From: Giardia intestinalis
Taxonomy: Eukaryota
Length of the DNA stretch: 64,000 bases
Direction: 5' to 3' (one strand)
NCBI GenBank assembly: GCA_000002435.2
Contig: CM018793.1
Made by a program: the position numbers and the translations under genes. The notes beneath the pieces were generated by a model. It did not search any database. It was not told the DNA's origin and was given only the letters and a program-made list of their open reading frames with translations. Of this stretch, positions 1-11,005 are shown in pieces. Within the stretch, counting starts at the first letter, position 1; each line of letters begins with the position of its first letter.

Positions 1-1
1 C

Positions 2-202
<201 letters not shown>

Positions 203-205
203 GTG

Positions 206-212
206 AGTAAAC
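206..212 (+). promoter_or_regulatory. AGTAAAC, a Giardia-type polyadenylation signal 4 nt after the tubulin stop
   Basis: Read directly from the sequence. AGTRAAY within about 10-30 nt of the stop is the established Giardia poly(A) motif. Confidence 0.6.
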
Positions 213-388
213 TCTCCGCGCATTCTAAGCAGGCCTGCACCTCCGTTTGCCGCTGTGAGTGGTCGTTTGTGACAAGCGCCGGGCCGGGTGTGCACTCCTA
301 GGTTGCCCTGCCTGCTCTGAAGCGGCCTTCCTGATGAACGGGCTGCTACACAACGGAGCACTATCCGGGAAGCACTATCTGTGGTAAG

Positions 389-1165
389 CAGTCAAACGGA
401 AAGTGTGAGAAGACCAAGGAGGGGTACGGGATATCGCCCGATGGAAAGCTGCTGGAGTGCGACCCGACATGTCTGGGGTGCACTGCCCCTGGCCCCGGCC
501 GCTGCACCAGGTGCCCCTCTGACAAGCTCCTGAAGAAGGCCTCGGGTGCCGCCACCGGGAGCTGCGTCGACCCCGGCGCCTGTGTGGACGGGTACTACGC
601 ATACGGAGACGCGTGCCTGCCCTGCGCCACTCCGGGGTGCAAGACCTGCGGGCATACATCCTTCTGCACAGAGTGCGCGGAGGAGCTTTTCGTGAGCCTG
701 GACGGGCAGTCGTGCCTGGAGGAGTGCACCGGGGACAAGGTGGTGGGAGAGGTGTCCGGCGGCGTGCGGAGGTGCTGGTGCGAGCGGGGCTTCCTGCCGG
801 CGCTGGATAGATCCGGGTGTGTGTCCGCAGTCGAGTGTTCCTCTGGCATGCCGTTGTGTGCTGCCTGCGATGAGTCGGGTAGGTGCCTCTCGTGTGTCAC
901 TTCGGGCCACAACGTCCAAGTAGACCAGCGGACGTGTGCAGAAGGGTGCGGCGCCAGGGCCTCATCGAACCAGGGGGTGTGCATGTGTGAGATCGACGCA
1001 GTCCTCAGAAGGGCGTCTGCGTTCCAGCCAAGGAGCTGGTCAGGAAGAGGGCAGCGATCGCAGGGGGCAGCGGCCGGCTTTCTCGTTGTTGCTGCTTTGG
1101 CCGGCTTCCGCCGCTGGTGGCTCCTTTGTAGAGGAAAGGCGCATCAGTGCCCCATCAAACGCTAG
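389..1165 (+). pseudogene. VSP-like cysteine-rich surface protein, degenerate (likely pseudogene)
   Basis: The frame is open from the in-frame TAA at 386-388. It has many CXXC motifs (CLGCTAPGPGRCTRCPSDK, CLPCATPGCKTCGHTSFCTEC, GYYAYGDAC) and a TM-like AAAGFLVVAALAGF segment followed by CRGKA. There is no ATG or signal peptide; the first codon the ORF finder reports at 584 is GTG. CRGKA is followed by a 7-codon extension (HQCPIKR) instead of a stop. The TM segment is interrupted by RR. There is no AGTRAAY signal after the stop. Confidence 0.6.
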
Positions 1166-1477
1166 ATTCATTGTATTGAGTCTACGTGGCGGTGTGACAC
1201 CCTGTCCAGTGGTCTGCTTGCGCCGTATGGTAAAGAATCAGAGTAAAGTCATACAGGAGGCAGAAGGCGAAAAAGAACATAGCCTTCGTGTGCTATGTAG
1301 CACTGAAGATCTGCTAATCAACTCTGTTAAAACTTTCATATGTCTATTACCATCGACAAGATATAGCCGTCTGAAAATAGATACCAAAGAAGTGTCTATA
1401 CATTAGATAAAGCCAGCAGACATTTGATGTGAAATCTGCCAAATTTTGATAAAGAGAAACAAAAAGCAGAATCAAGG

Positions 1478-4400
1478 ATGACCTCCGAGAGTCTTTTAAG
1501 CCAGATGTATACTGGCGAGGAGCTCTTTCATTGCTATGATCGAACGTTTTACGCAAAGGGAGCAACGGTCTATGTTTTAAATGAGGACGGATCAACTATT
1601 CCGTTTTATACCAATGGCGCTGGAAAGATTGACGCCCTAGCCGTCACAGAAGGCGCACAGTATCTCTTTCTGGCGTACACAAAATTAGCCACGTCAAGCA
1701 TTGACGTGATAGCTCTGGAGACGAAAACCTTGATCCATACCTATCAGCTACCTTCTGACGTCACCTACATCTCTCGCATGGCTATTAGTCCTGATAGCCA
1801 GGTTCTTGCATTCATCACAGCACTTCCGAGAGAGGTTCTTTACGTGATGCGATTAAACCACATGAACACGGCATTAATCTCTGCGCAGCTCGATCTCTCT
1901 GGAAACCGGGCCTTGCTATCATTTTCTACAGATGAGGTGGCGCGGCCTGGGTCGCTAAGCTCCCCTCGACCATCTTCTTGGATTGGTTTGTCCTTTTGTC
2001 CAGAGGGCCATGCTCTAATGTGCATATCGCATAGGATCTCTCTACTTGTCACGTTTCATTTCACTGCACAGTTCTGTTACCTCGTTGCGCGTCAAGTAGG
2101 GCTAAACCTCCGTTCCTCCAAGAGAGCCTTAACTGCCACAGAGTTCATTTCTAACAACTACATACATTCTATTGATCCGCAGACTATCAGAGGCACCGAT
2201 GACTTCGCAGATTTTTCACTATCTGATCAGCAAGCGGAGTCATTGTCAGCAGGACAGTATATTGTTTCGCAACAATACGGGGGTTCAGGTCTTCCTATGG
2301 GAAAGAAAACCTCCCAGAAGCTTTCTTCACCTGACGGAGATTGGTCAGTTCACTCTGAAGACGAGGTAAGCACACTCTTGCAGAACGTTTATTCTCAATC
2401 AGTAGATACCAGCGACCGGCTGCACCACGATCCCCTTGAGCTACTTCCTCTCGTCTCTACTTACTGTAGTCTTGACAATAACGCGTCAACCAATCCAACG
2501 GACTTTGGTGCCATTTCTATCAGTACTACACTCTCCTCACATTTTTATTCTATAGACAAGGTGTTAGATGACGAGGCAGATGAACTTGAAGACTACTTTC
2601 TTTTTCCTAACGGCCTTAGAACCACTGATCCCTTAGCAACTCTCACAAATCTTATAAAAGTTCATAACTTTAACTTGATAGATATCAGGAAGGTCTTCCA
2701 CTTCACTGGATCTCACGTTTGGATCCCTAAGCAATCAGTTTGCTTAATTGTTTGCAGAAACATGGGAATACTGGCTGTGGCGGTCCCTGATTTTAAGTAT
2801 ATTTACTCATCTGAGAATAGGAAAGCCGTAGCAGCAGGCTCATTTATCTTTCCTCCCCCACCGAAGACTGCGTTTCTGATCACCGACTACGGAACAAACG
2901 ACCCGGCCTTTGACATGAAGACTTGGGTATCAGCCCCGGATAGTCTGTTGGGTCTTGGCGATGGCATTAGTAACCGCTATCTTTCCAAGTATAAGACGAT
3001 TCCAAATCTTCCCCTCAATACCTGGTATCTTGGAGATAGACGTCTCATGTCTATTTCGTCATCTGTATATTTGAAGGCGGATACTCAAGCCATGGGCTCA
3101 TACCCTCCCAATTACGATTTTGCACCTCCTCCAGAATCTGGTTCTAATATCACTGTGCATCCAGATGGAGAGCTACTGAATGAAGAAACGCAGAACTATA
3201 AATCTTACGTACTCATTCTCTGCGGGTTTGGGGATTCTACAGTCAAGTGGTTCAGCCTACCCTTGTCCGCTGAGACGACTCCGTTGAACATTAGTGACCC
3301 TGTGGCACCAATTTGCACCTATACCTATGCCTCCCTCGGGCCTGTTAGGTACATGACAATGGTACAATTAACTGATAGATCAACCTACTATCAGAAGGGA
3401 AACTCTTTCCATAACATCGTGTGTCTCTGTCTCTTTTCTGAAGTGTTTGCATACCTGCCTGCACACGCTCTTTTAGACAATTCCAGCCCCGCATCTAATA
3501 AGCCTCTTGTGAACCAGCAACCCGCTATTGATCAAGACCCTAAGGATGATGGTGATACCGCTCAGCAGCTTGACGCGCATTATCACAGTATAATGCTTCC
3601 CAGTAAGCCGGCACTCTTGTGCACCATTATTTCATCATTAGCATATAGGGGTGAGAACTTGAGGGCTACCCACTTCAGGTCGCTAATTAATATAAAAATA
3701 ATGGCTAACTTGGAGGTCAATCGAGGCATTCTTTCCCACAATGCATATCGGTTGATTATTTATGCCTTGTCCAAATACAATAGTGGCGTACTTATTGATC
3801 ATAGAAATAAGCGTTGTGCAAAGACCGATAATGGATCGCACAGATCTATTAAACCAACGGCATTAAAAGCAGACTTGAAGGAACCCAGTTGTTCGTCGAA
3901 TCCTTTTATCAGTGTTTCTGACTATGTTCCACTTGTTACCGTTTGTAAGCCGATATCTCCGTCTCCATTTGCATGCAACACCGTAAGAAATTCCGTTGCC
4001 TTTCTAAGTTTTCCCATGTCGGCTCTGACTCCTCAAAAAGCTGAAGTACTTCAAAAGAGCCAAAATACTTTGCAGAGCAGTTCGCCTAAGACAGGCAGAT
4101 CAATACACTGTGCATACATTGGGACGCTGGACTGCGGGCGCCTGTACATGTTATTTGCCGATGAGCAGCACCGTGTGTATACTCACTACTTCAGTTGCAG
4201 AATCCCCATGAGCATCATGGACAACACCTGGACAGTTCCGGACCCTATATGTTCCATGATATCTCTCCAAGAGTCAAAGTTTGTGATTACTGGCCATGTA
4301 AGTGGCTATATTCGCGTCTTCTCATCCGGCTTTTCGAATCTTGATTCTCTCCCTTTGAGCCACAGGATGATTATTAATCTGATATTCCGTGTCAAGGCGT

Positions 4401-7400
4401 CAGATTTGCCGATTGTGCACTTGGCAGCCTCTCCGTCTTCATCATACATTACTGCACTAGACAGCGCTGATAATCTATATCTTCTTGGTGGCCCACAGTA
4501 CGAATTTGCTCTTTACGGCTTTATGCAGCTTAAGACTCAACCACACCTGACCCCGCAATTTGTCTCCCAGCCAGAACAAGCCTTTAGTGGAGACAAACCG
4601 TTACAAGAGAGTGTCACTTTTGGATATTCCCACGCATCGTTAAACTTTCAATCATACATAGTAGAAAGGTTCACTAATTTCATCATAGACGGACCATCGA
4701 TTTCTTCTCTGTTACGCCGCATAACCGAACTTCACGACGTGACAACTCAGAAGTGCCTTCCAGAACAAAGCGACTATGGAGCAGATCTACTATTTACTGA
4801 AACGAGTGTCATGAAGGAGGTCGATGTGCTGAACCCTATCTTACCGTCGCCTGCTATGACACCTTCTATTGAAAGCCAAGATATAACAAAAGACACGCAT
4901 AAGGTGTCACAGTATTTTATGACTCTTTACGAGACGTCACAGATGTACACTGTTCCCGTACGTAAGCATAGCATGAGCTCAGATGTTCTGAGCCAAAACT
5001 CCCATGCTGGTGATGCCGACGACGAGGACAACGCTGCGCTACGCCAGGTTCTGCATACATTTTGTAACAACCTGAGGCCAACCTACAATCCATTCATCGA
5101 TGACTTCATTCCTTTATTGTTCAACAACACAACAGACCTTGTTTTAACTAATGATTGCATCTACATTTCTTTCTCGACCGGCGATATTTTGCGACTTAAT
5201 TATCCTCAACTAAATATTTCTTCACTGCGTTCGGAGCTGAATGCTATCGTTTTACAAAATGATTACGACGATGCTCTGAATTCTAATTCTGAACGCGACC
5301 TGGAGAATGCATATGCAAGGTACACGAAAGTTGTCACAGATAATTTGATTCTTCCCTATTCTGCCATGAAGCCGTACATTATTCGCACAGGATATGCTGT
5401 GAAGTGTATTGCAGTAGACCCCATGTGTATTCCGCCACCATGTTCGCTCAGTGACCTTGTTTATGTAGGTCTAGAAGATGGGCGGGTGTTCTGCTATATC
5501 AGCAAGCATGAGATCGATCAAACCATGATGTCACGCATATCTCAATATGTCCAAGACACGCCCTTGGTCGGGCTTCCAGGGTCTTCAGGGTTTAGTGGGA
5601 TATGCCAAATGCGCGGTCCGATAACGACTCTATCTGTACTGCACGATGGTGGTCTTCTTGCCGTCACAGATATGACGGGCCTCACTCTGGTTATGCAGCT
5701 TTGCCAAGTCACCACTGCGTTTTTGAAGCGAGTGATCAATCAGGCACGTGACTTGAACGACATGTCTGGACCGAATACAGCTCAATCATCTACTGTCATT
5801 CTTCCAACACAAAGCGATATGTACATACCAACCCCACACATCTACGGTATGCCCATCAGCATGACTCCTACAACATATTACTATATTGATAATGAGTCTG
5901 GTACATCCCTGACCACATTTTCTAGCTTGCACAGTAATTCGCTTCTTCGAGGCACCAACACATCCGTCGTTGATATGCATGGATCAACAATCTCTTACTT
6001 TTCTGAGCAATCTGACCATTACTGTATACTCCTTATTGGGACTTCAGTGGGCAGCGTTACTCTTCACTCTGTTGACAAGGCCCTGGTTACATCTGCAAAG
6101 CAATATGTTGCAGCTCTTGATTCGATGGTTACTCAGTTCCTTCAGGTGCAAACCACTCAGGAGAGCATGACAATCTCCGGTACAGGATCTAAAGCCTATA
6201 TTGGCTGGAAGCTTGCTATAGAGCAAAGGCAGCGTGCTAGGTCTGCTGTTCTTACAACCAATGACTACCAAGCGCTAACTAAGCTTTATGAAAACCTGCT
6301 AGTATCCGTATCAGACTCTGAGCGTATCGTAGATGGATGCCTTTGGAAGCACCAGACCTCCCTAGCACCCCCACTGTATACGCACCATCCTATGGTCATC
6401 ACCCTAGAATGCGATGAGATTTTGTCTGGGGTACGAGACTATGATACGCTTAACTGCTCTACAAAAGACCTTCTTGAGCAACAGGGAGAGCTTCGTCTTG
6501 ACTCAGCTCTTGAAACTGTTCAAGTGGCAATCAAGCAAATGCAAAGCCGCATGGAGCTTGTTGTAGCACCATCCTACCAGGATGTCTCACTTCGGTTTGC
6601 AGCCCAAGTGTGTGCACTTCGATTCAATAGTAGATCAAAGCAGAAAAAGCTGGCCCGTCTCATTGGGGAAACACAGAAACTTAGGGAATCATGTAGAGAG
6701 CTAGAAGCAGACAATGCTCGGATATTAGCCGATCACGATCTAGATGCCATTTATAATGGCTCAGATATTCGCTCCTTAGAGGGCCTTCTGCATGTAAAGC
6801 AGGATCTAAACCTTGTTCCTAGCGAAATCCCTGCACTTACGGCCATTCAAAGTCGGGTTATGAGTAGGGATATCGCTGGCTCCATTCTATCAAGAATCGA
6901 TTCAATTAAGAGCTTTAAGGCATCTATGAAAGAGTTAGAGACTGCTGCGGACTCTCTGGAAGTCGAGCAAGATCATCCAGAGTCTTCGATTGTTGATGTC
7001 AACAAGCTGTTACGTGCGACCGCACGAGTTTCTGAGAATGCATTTAGGATATCAGACGAAGTTACGCTACTGGTTAGGAGCTATCTCCTCAAGCACATGG
7101 TCAAAGTAGAACAGTACATGAAGGCCACTCTTCTCCGCTCTCTGTCCTATTTACACGTTTTAGAAGACCAGCTTATCCACAAAGCATCTTCAGATGAGAT
7201 AGGCTATGCCGTATGTGGCCTAGCAGACCCTTGCATTCACGTGGTCTCCTTCCCCATACCAAAAATCTCAGGGAACATTATGACTAAGGCCAGGAAGGTG
7301 TGCTTACTGCGCTCTGCGCAGATAGTCTCTGAGCGGTACAGTATTTATGCACCGCAAGTCACTTTGCAGCGCGCACCCCAAGGCAAAGACAACGATGATC

Positions 7401-10400
7401 ATTCTCACCGTTTTAAGGACAATCCTAACCAAATTGTCTTTGGGTCATCAACATTACCTCAGCCACACAAATCTATTTTCACACGTATCATGACAAATAA
7501 GGAGCTGCCATATGACGAAACAGGTACACTTCTAGACTTTTCTGCTGCCCTTCAATATTCGCCCAGAGTGTACCACTATAAACCAAAAGACCCCTTTTTC
7601 CTAGAGGACAATAAGGTTCACCTTTCCAATACTGATGACCAAGATCAGACAAAGGATTCTCAAGACGCCGCACAGACACATCTGGATTTGCCTGGATCCC
7701 AAACTCTTTATTCAATGTTGCAGCTCTCTACCCTTATATTTGACAGAGCCCCGCAGATACCTTTCGCTCAGGTTGCCGCTGGTGACTCCTTGGGGTTCGT
7801 TTATCCAAAGCTTCCTACAGCAGATGTCATTGGAAGTCATGAGTCTTTATCGCTCCGACGGGCCCTCTTTACTGAAGCAGAGTGTGCTTTTTCAATTCGT
7901 GCAAAGCAGCAGATTCTTCTCTTACAGGCCATTGGTCTGCTTTTGATGAAAGACTTTAACATAAAGCTTGCAGAAGAGCGCGATAAGAAGTATAAACTAC
8001 AGTCGCGAATTCATGATATAGCAGCTCAGATCAAAGATAATAGCAAAGAACTGGTGTACCTAGCAAAGGAGTCGGTGCTGATGGGACTTATTGAGCAAGA
8101 GCGCAAAAGAGTTTTTGCAGATCTTCAGAGTCAAGGAATAGGTGTCGAGGACGCAGCAAGCAAGGCAGCAAAGCAAGCCATCCTCGGCTTACCCAATGAA
8201 GACGTGATTGCGCAATTGGCAATTGAAAACGTTGATATAAAGCTTTTAGACATCAACACCATAACGGGCTACAGTCCAGGAGGCGGAGATGCTGGCATAG
8301 AAGCCTGCGAAAGCTTAGCCATCATGCTTGGATATAATCCGTATTTACAGCACAACCAGAGTGGAGACAGGAAGAGTTACATTGACACTTTGACGGATAG
8401 CTTGCGGACCTTAGCTAACCAGTGCACAATGGAAAAGACACTCCAAACCATAGTAGATTTTCTGGCATATATCAACGGCACCGGCCTTTCTGAAATAAGC
8501 AAGACTGGAGTAAGTGCGGCTGACATTCAGCAGGCACAGCTAGTGTCAGCAAACTTGTTAGGGTTCAGTCTTAAGTTTGCAAATTTGACAAACAACTCTG
8601 CGGTCAATGCGGCAATCCTCACGTTAACAGATGAAGGTCTTTTCAAAATTGACCATTTGAAGACGCTGATCCGTAGGATTAAAGAGCAAGAGAAGACAAA
8701 GAATAATGTAACTAACAAGGAGGTCCTGAGACTTTGGTATTCATATAAGCGAGCCCTCTACGATATGATGCGCGGAGCTATTGATGCAGCAAATCGCGTT
8801 ACTGTGCGAGACATTCCCATTCCAACTGTCTTCGGTTTGGACAAAATCCCTGGGATGAAACTAACAAAAGAGCAGGAGCAAGAGCTTGACATTTATAATA
8901 ACAAGATCAAGGAGCTTGTAGATAAACGTCTGAAGGAGAAGCGGCAGCTCGAAGCATCATGTGGTAGTCTCCGTGAGCAAGCGGAGAAATTGAGCATGCA
9001 ATTTGACAATGATAGGCTACATATATTACGTGCAATACGCTTCAATGCAGAACTAAAGCTACAAGCTATCCAGCTTGCCATAGGATCTTTGAACTTGCGG
9101 CTTTTAGATAGGGCTAAGACCCTTGGAACCACCAGTGATCTTACCCGCTATGAACGATATCTATCTTCCGAGACAGTCGCGCTAAATAACGCAGAGTTGG
9201 TGGCTTCATCAATCCTTAATAGGCTCCAGCAGCGATTAGTAATTCTTAGATCTGCTGAAAAATTCTATAACCTGGGAATTAAACGCGAATTACAGGATCC
9301 TCACTTCCTTAAATACCTTAAGCAGAAAAGTAATCCAAAGATCACTAGGAATGCTCTTCGGCAGTATTTCACCACAAAACCTGATTTAGATTCGGCTGTT
9401 CGGGACTTGCTTAACACCACCCCGGCAAAGCAACACAGTCTGACTGGAACTCTAGCAAGCAGTACGTTCAGCACTAGCGGTGTGAGTGCCGCCATAAGCG
9501 GAGTGGCCCCTGGATCCACGTCGTCCCAGAGCGGCAATATTTCATTTGACATGATACAGAACATCAACACTAGCGTTATGAACATTGCAGATCCACAAGC
9601 GGTTGCTGCCTCTCAGCAAAAACAGGCATTGCTAATAGAGTCAGAAGAAGAGGCCATAAAATGGCTGGCGCAGACACACAGTATTGTTGCTCACTACGAG
9701 GAGGGCGATTTTCGAGACCTAACTTTCGAAGTGGCTCTGGCAGAGGCTTTATACTTTGATTCCAATGACACCCCTGCTGAGATAGCCAACTTAATGTCGC
9801 TTCCGGCGCCAGAAAACCCCGTCATAGTGTCTCTCATACATAAGATCGTTCCTCTTCATGGCCTTCCAAATATAACCCAACTACTTTCCCAGGTACCTTC
9901 AAACAATCAAGAGCTGAAGATTTTTGATGTAATACGATGCACAAAACTTGCTCTAGAGCTTCAGATCTATGAAACAACAAAACTCCTTCAAGATGTCCAA
10001 ACTCACGTCGGAAAACTAAAGACGGAGGGATCATTCTTTGCTGGGAAACTAGAACGCCATCACAGCGACACTTTGGCACTATCTCGACAGCTTAATGCAG
10101 AATTCATCAACCTGCCGCTCCTTGTTCTTGTATCTGAAGGCCAAGTGGAGTCATCTCGTGCCTGGGACTTTGCAGTTGACAAAAAGCCCCTTGTCTTTGG
10201 TGGAATTAGAGTGGGAATAGACATTGAGAAGACGCAGACTAGATTCCTCAACAGGACAATAAACAAGTTCGACGAGGATTATACCAACATCGAACTGGAT
10301 GCAGATTGGGATCCTGAAAAGACAAATACTGTTGAAATGGACAACGAGGACGAAGGCGTTTTGCTCCAGGATAACTCCTCCTTTGTTATCCTCGGAAGCA

Positions 10401-11005
10401 GCTACATAGATGAGTTGAATGATCGTATACGGATCTTGGGCGAGCGCCGCAGCACGGTGCTGATGAACCTGGCTCGCTTCAGACAGCAAACGAAAATTGT
10501 ACAGTATAGAATCAACCTCATAGAGTGGCAGCGTAAGGATGCAATCGCACAAACAAAAGACTATCAGCTCATCCGCGTTAGTAAGGAAATGCATGATGTC
10601 TTGCGCGAAAGTTCATCTACAACAGAAAAACGCAGTAGAGAAGTCAGCACAGTCCAACGAAAGCTAGAACACACTCGAAAAGCAAACATTCTTGCCAATA
10701 ACCAACTGGAGAACAAGATCAATGCGGTGCCTTTAGAGATACAGGCCATTGAACAGCAAAATATCGCGATAGAGGCGCGCATAAATGAACTACGTGCAAA
10801 GAACATTCAGCGTCGACAGGCGATACCAGAAGCTGAGCTAAATGAAGCAGAAATAGATTCTAAAGCAGAAGCCGATAAAAAGTTCCGCAGAATTGCAGCG
10901 CTGCGTAAGATGAAGGAACTTAGCAAGGCCCAAGAGGAGGAGCTACAATTCCTTATGCGCGAGCTTGAGAAGCTGCGTCGCAGAACCTATCCTAGCTTTG
11001 ATTGA
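1478..11005 (+). CDS. giant hypothetical protein (3175 aa), beta-propeller-like N-terminus and long C-terminal coiled-coil
   Basis: This is an uninterrupted 9.5-kb ORF with an ATG at 1478 preceded by an AT-rich stretch. The C-terminal roughly 600 aa are heptad-rich (KEQEQELDIYNNKIKELVDKRLKEKRQLE ... LRKMKELSKAQEEELQFLMRELEKLRRR). I recognise no catalytic domain. Confidence 0.85.
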   Translation: MTSESLLSQMYTGEELFHCYDRTFYAKGATVYVLNEDGSTIPFYTNGAGKIDALAVTEGAQYLFLAYTKLATSSIDVIALETKTLIHTYQLPSDVTYISRMAISPDSQVLAFITALPREVLYVMRLNHMNTALISAQLDLSGNRALLSFSTDEVARPGSLSSPRPSSWIGLSFCPEGHALMCISHRISLLVTFHFTAQFCYLVARQVGLNLRSSKRALTATEFISNNYIHSIDPQTIRGTDDFADFSLSDQQAESLSAGQYIVSQQYGGSGLPMGKKTSQKLSSPDGDWSVHSEDEVSTLLQNVYSQSVDTSDRLHHDPLELLPLVSTYCSLDNNASTNPTDFGAISISTTLSSHFYSIDKVLDDEADELEDYFLFPNGLRTTDPLATLTNLIKVHNFNLIDIRKVFHFTGSHVWIPKQSVCLIVCRNMGILAVAVPDFKYIYSSENRKAVAAGSFIFPPPPKTAFLITDYGTNDPAFDMKTWVSAPDSLLGLGDGISNRYLSKYKTIPNLPLNTWYLGDRRLMSISSSVYLKADTQAMGSYPPNYDFAPPPESGSNITVHPDGELLNEETQNYKSYVLILCGFGDSTVKWFSLPLSAETTPLNISDPVAPICTYTYASLGPVRYMTMVQLTDRSTYYQKGNSFHNIVCLCLFSEVFAYLPAHALLDNSSPASNKPLVNQQPAIDQDPKDDGDTAQQLDAHYHSIMLPSKPALLCTIISSLAYRGENLRATHFRSLINIKIMANLEVNRGILSHNAYRLIIYALSKYNSGVLIDHRNKRCAKTDNGSHRSIKPTALKADLKEPSCSSNPFISVSDYVPLVTVCKPISPSPFACNTVRNSVAFLSFPMSALTPQKAEVLQKSQNTLQSSSPKTGRSIHCAYIGTLDCGRLYMLFADEQHRVYTHYFSCRIPMSIMDNTWTVPDPICSMISLQESKFVITGHVSGYIRVFSSGFSNLDSLPLSHRMIINLIFRVKASDLPIVHLAASPSSSYITALDSADNLYLLGGPQYEFALYGFMQLKTQPHLTPQFVSQPEQAFSGDKPLQESVTFGYSHASLNFQSYIVERFTNFIIDGPSISSLLRRITELHDVTTQKCLPEQSDYGADLLFTETSVMKEVDVLNPILPSPAMTPSIESQDITKDTHKVSQYFMTLYETSQMYTVPVRKHSMSSDVLSQNSHAGDADDEDNAALRQVLHTFCNNLRPTYNPFIDDFIPLLFNNTTDLVLTNDCIYISFSTGDILRLNYPQLNISSLRSELNAIVLQNDYDDALNSNSERDLENAYARYTKVVTDNLILPYSAMKPYIIRTGYAVKCIAVDPMCIPPPCSLSDLVYVGLEDGRVFCYISKHEIDQTMMSRISQYVQDTPLVGLPGSSGFSGICQMRGPITTLSVLHDGGLLAVTDMTGLTLVMQLCQVTTAFLKRVINQARDLNDMSGPNTAQSSTVILPTQSDMYIPTPHIYGMPISMTPTTYYYIDNESGTSLTTFSSLHSNSLLRGTNTSVVDMHGSTISYFSEQSDHYCILLIGTSVGSVTLHSVDKALVTSAKQYVAALDSMVTQFLQVQTTQESMTISGTGSKAYIGWKLAIEQRQRARSAVLTTNDYQALTKLYENLLVSVSDSERIVDGCLWKHQTSLAPPLYTHHPMVITLECDEILSGVRDYDTLNCSTKDLLEQQGELRLDSALETVQVAIKQMQSRMELVVAPSYQDVSLRFAAQVCALRFNSRSKQKKLARLIGETQKLRESCRELEADNARILADHDLDAIYNGSDIRSLEGLLHVKQDLNLVPSEIPALTAIQSRVMSRDIAGSILSRIDSIKSFKASMKELETAADSLEVEQDHPESSIVDVNKLLRATARVSENAFRISDEVTLLVRSYLLKHMVKVEQYMKATLLRSLSYLHVLEDQLIHKASSDEIGYAVCGLADPCIHVVSFPIPKISGNIMTKARKVCLLRSAQIVSERYSIYAPQVTLQRAPQGKDNDDHSHRFKDNPNQIVFGSSTLPQPHKSIFTRIMTNKELPYDETGTLLDFSAALQYSPRVYHYKPKDPFFLEDNKVHLSNTDDQDQTKDSQDAAQTHLDLPGSQTLYSMLQLSTLIFDRAPQIPFAQVAAGDSLGFVYPKLPTADVIGSHESLSLRRALFTEAECAFSIRAKQQILLLQAIGLLLMKDFNIKLAEERDKKYKLQSRIHDIAAQIKDNSKELVYLAKESVLMGLIEQERKRVFADLQSQGIGVEDAASKAAKQAILGLPNEDVIAQLAIENVDIKLLDINTITGYSPGGGDAGIEACESLAIMLGYNPYLQHNQSGDRKSYIDTLTDSLRTLANQCTMEKTLQTIVDFLAYINGTGLSEISKTGVSAADIQQAQLVSANLLGFSLKFANLTNNSAVNAAILTLTDEGLFKIDHLKTLIRRIKEQEKTKNNVTNKEVLRLWYSYKRALYDMMRGAIDAANRVTVRDIPIPTVFGLDKIPGMKLTKEQEQELDIYNNKIKELVDKRLKEKRQLEASCGSLREQAEKLSMQFDNDRLHILRAIRFNAELKLQAIQLAIGSLNLRLLDRAKTLGTTSDLTRYERYLSSETVALNNAELVASSILNRLQQRLVILRSAEKFYNLGIKRELQDPHFLKYLKQKSNPKITRNALRQYFTTKPDLDSAVRDLLNTTPAKQHSLTGTLASSTFSTSGVSAAISGVAPGSTSSQSGNISFDMIQNINTSVMNIADPQAVAASQQKQALLIESEEEAIKWLAQTHSIVAHYEEGDFRDLTFEVALAEALYFDSNDTPAEIANLMSLPAPENPVIVSLIHKIVPLHGLPNITQLLSQVPSNNQELKIFDVIRCTKLALELQIYETTKLLQDVQTHVGKLKTEGSFFAGKLERHHSDTLALSRQLNAEFINLPLLVLVSEGQVESSRAWDFAVDKKPLVFGGIRVGIDIEKTQTRFLNRTINKFDEDYTNIELDADWDPEKTNTVEMDNEDEGVLLQDNSSFVILGSSYIDELNDRIRILGERRSTVLMNLARFRQQTKIVQYRINLIEWQRKDAIAQTKDYQLIRVSKEMHDVLRESSSTTEKRSREVSTVQRKLEHTRKANILANNQLENKINAVPLEIQAIEQQNIAIEARINELRAKNIQRRQAIPEAELNEAEIDSKAEADKKFRRIAALRKMKELSKAQEEELQFLMRELEKLRRRTYPSFD

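Noticed and set aside
584-1165. ORF-track start 'M' at 584 for the VSP-like ORF
   Set aside because: The codon at 584-586 is GTG. The track uses alternative starts, and there is no in-frame ATG before the cysteine-rich region.
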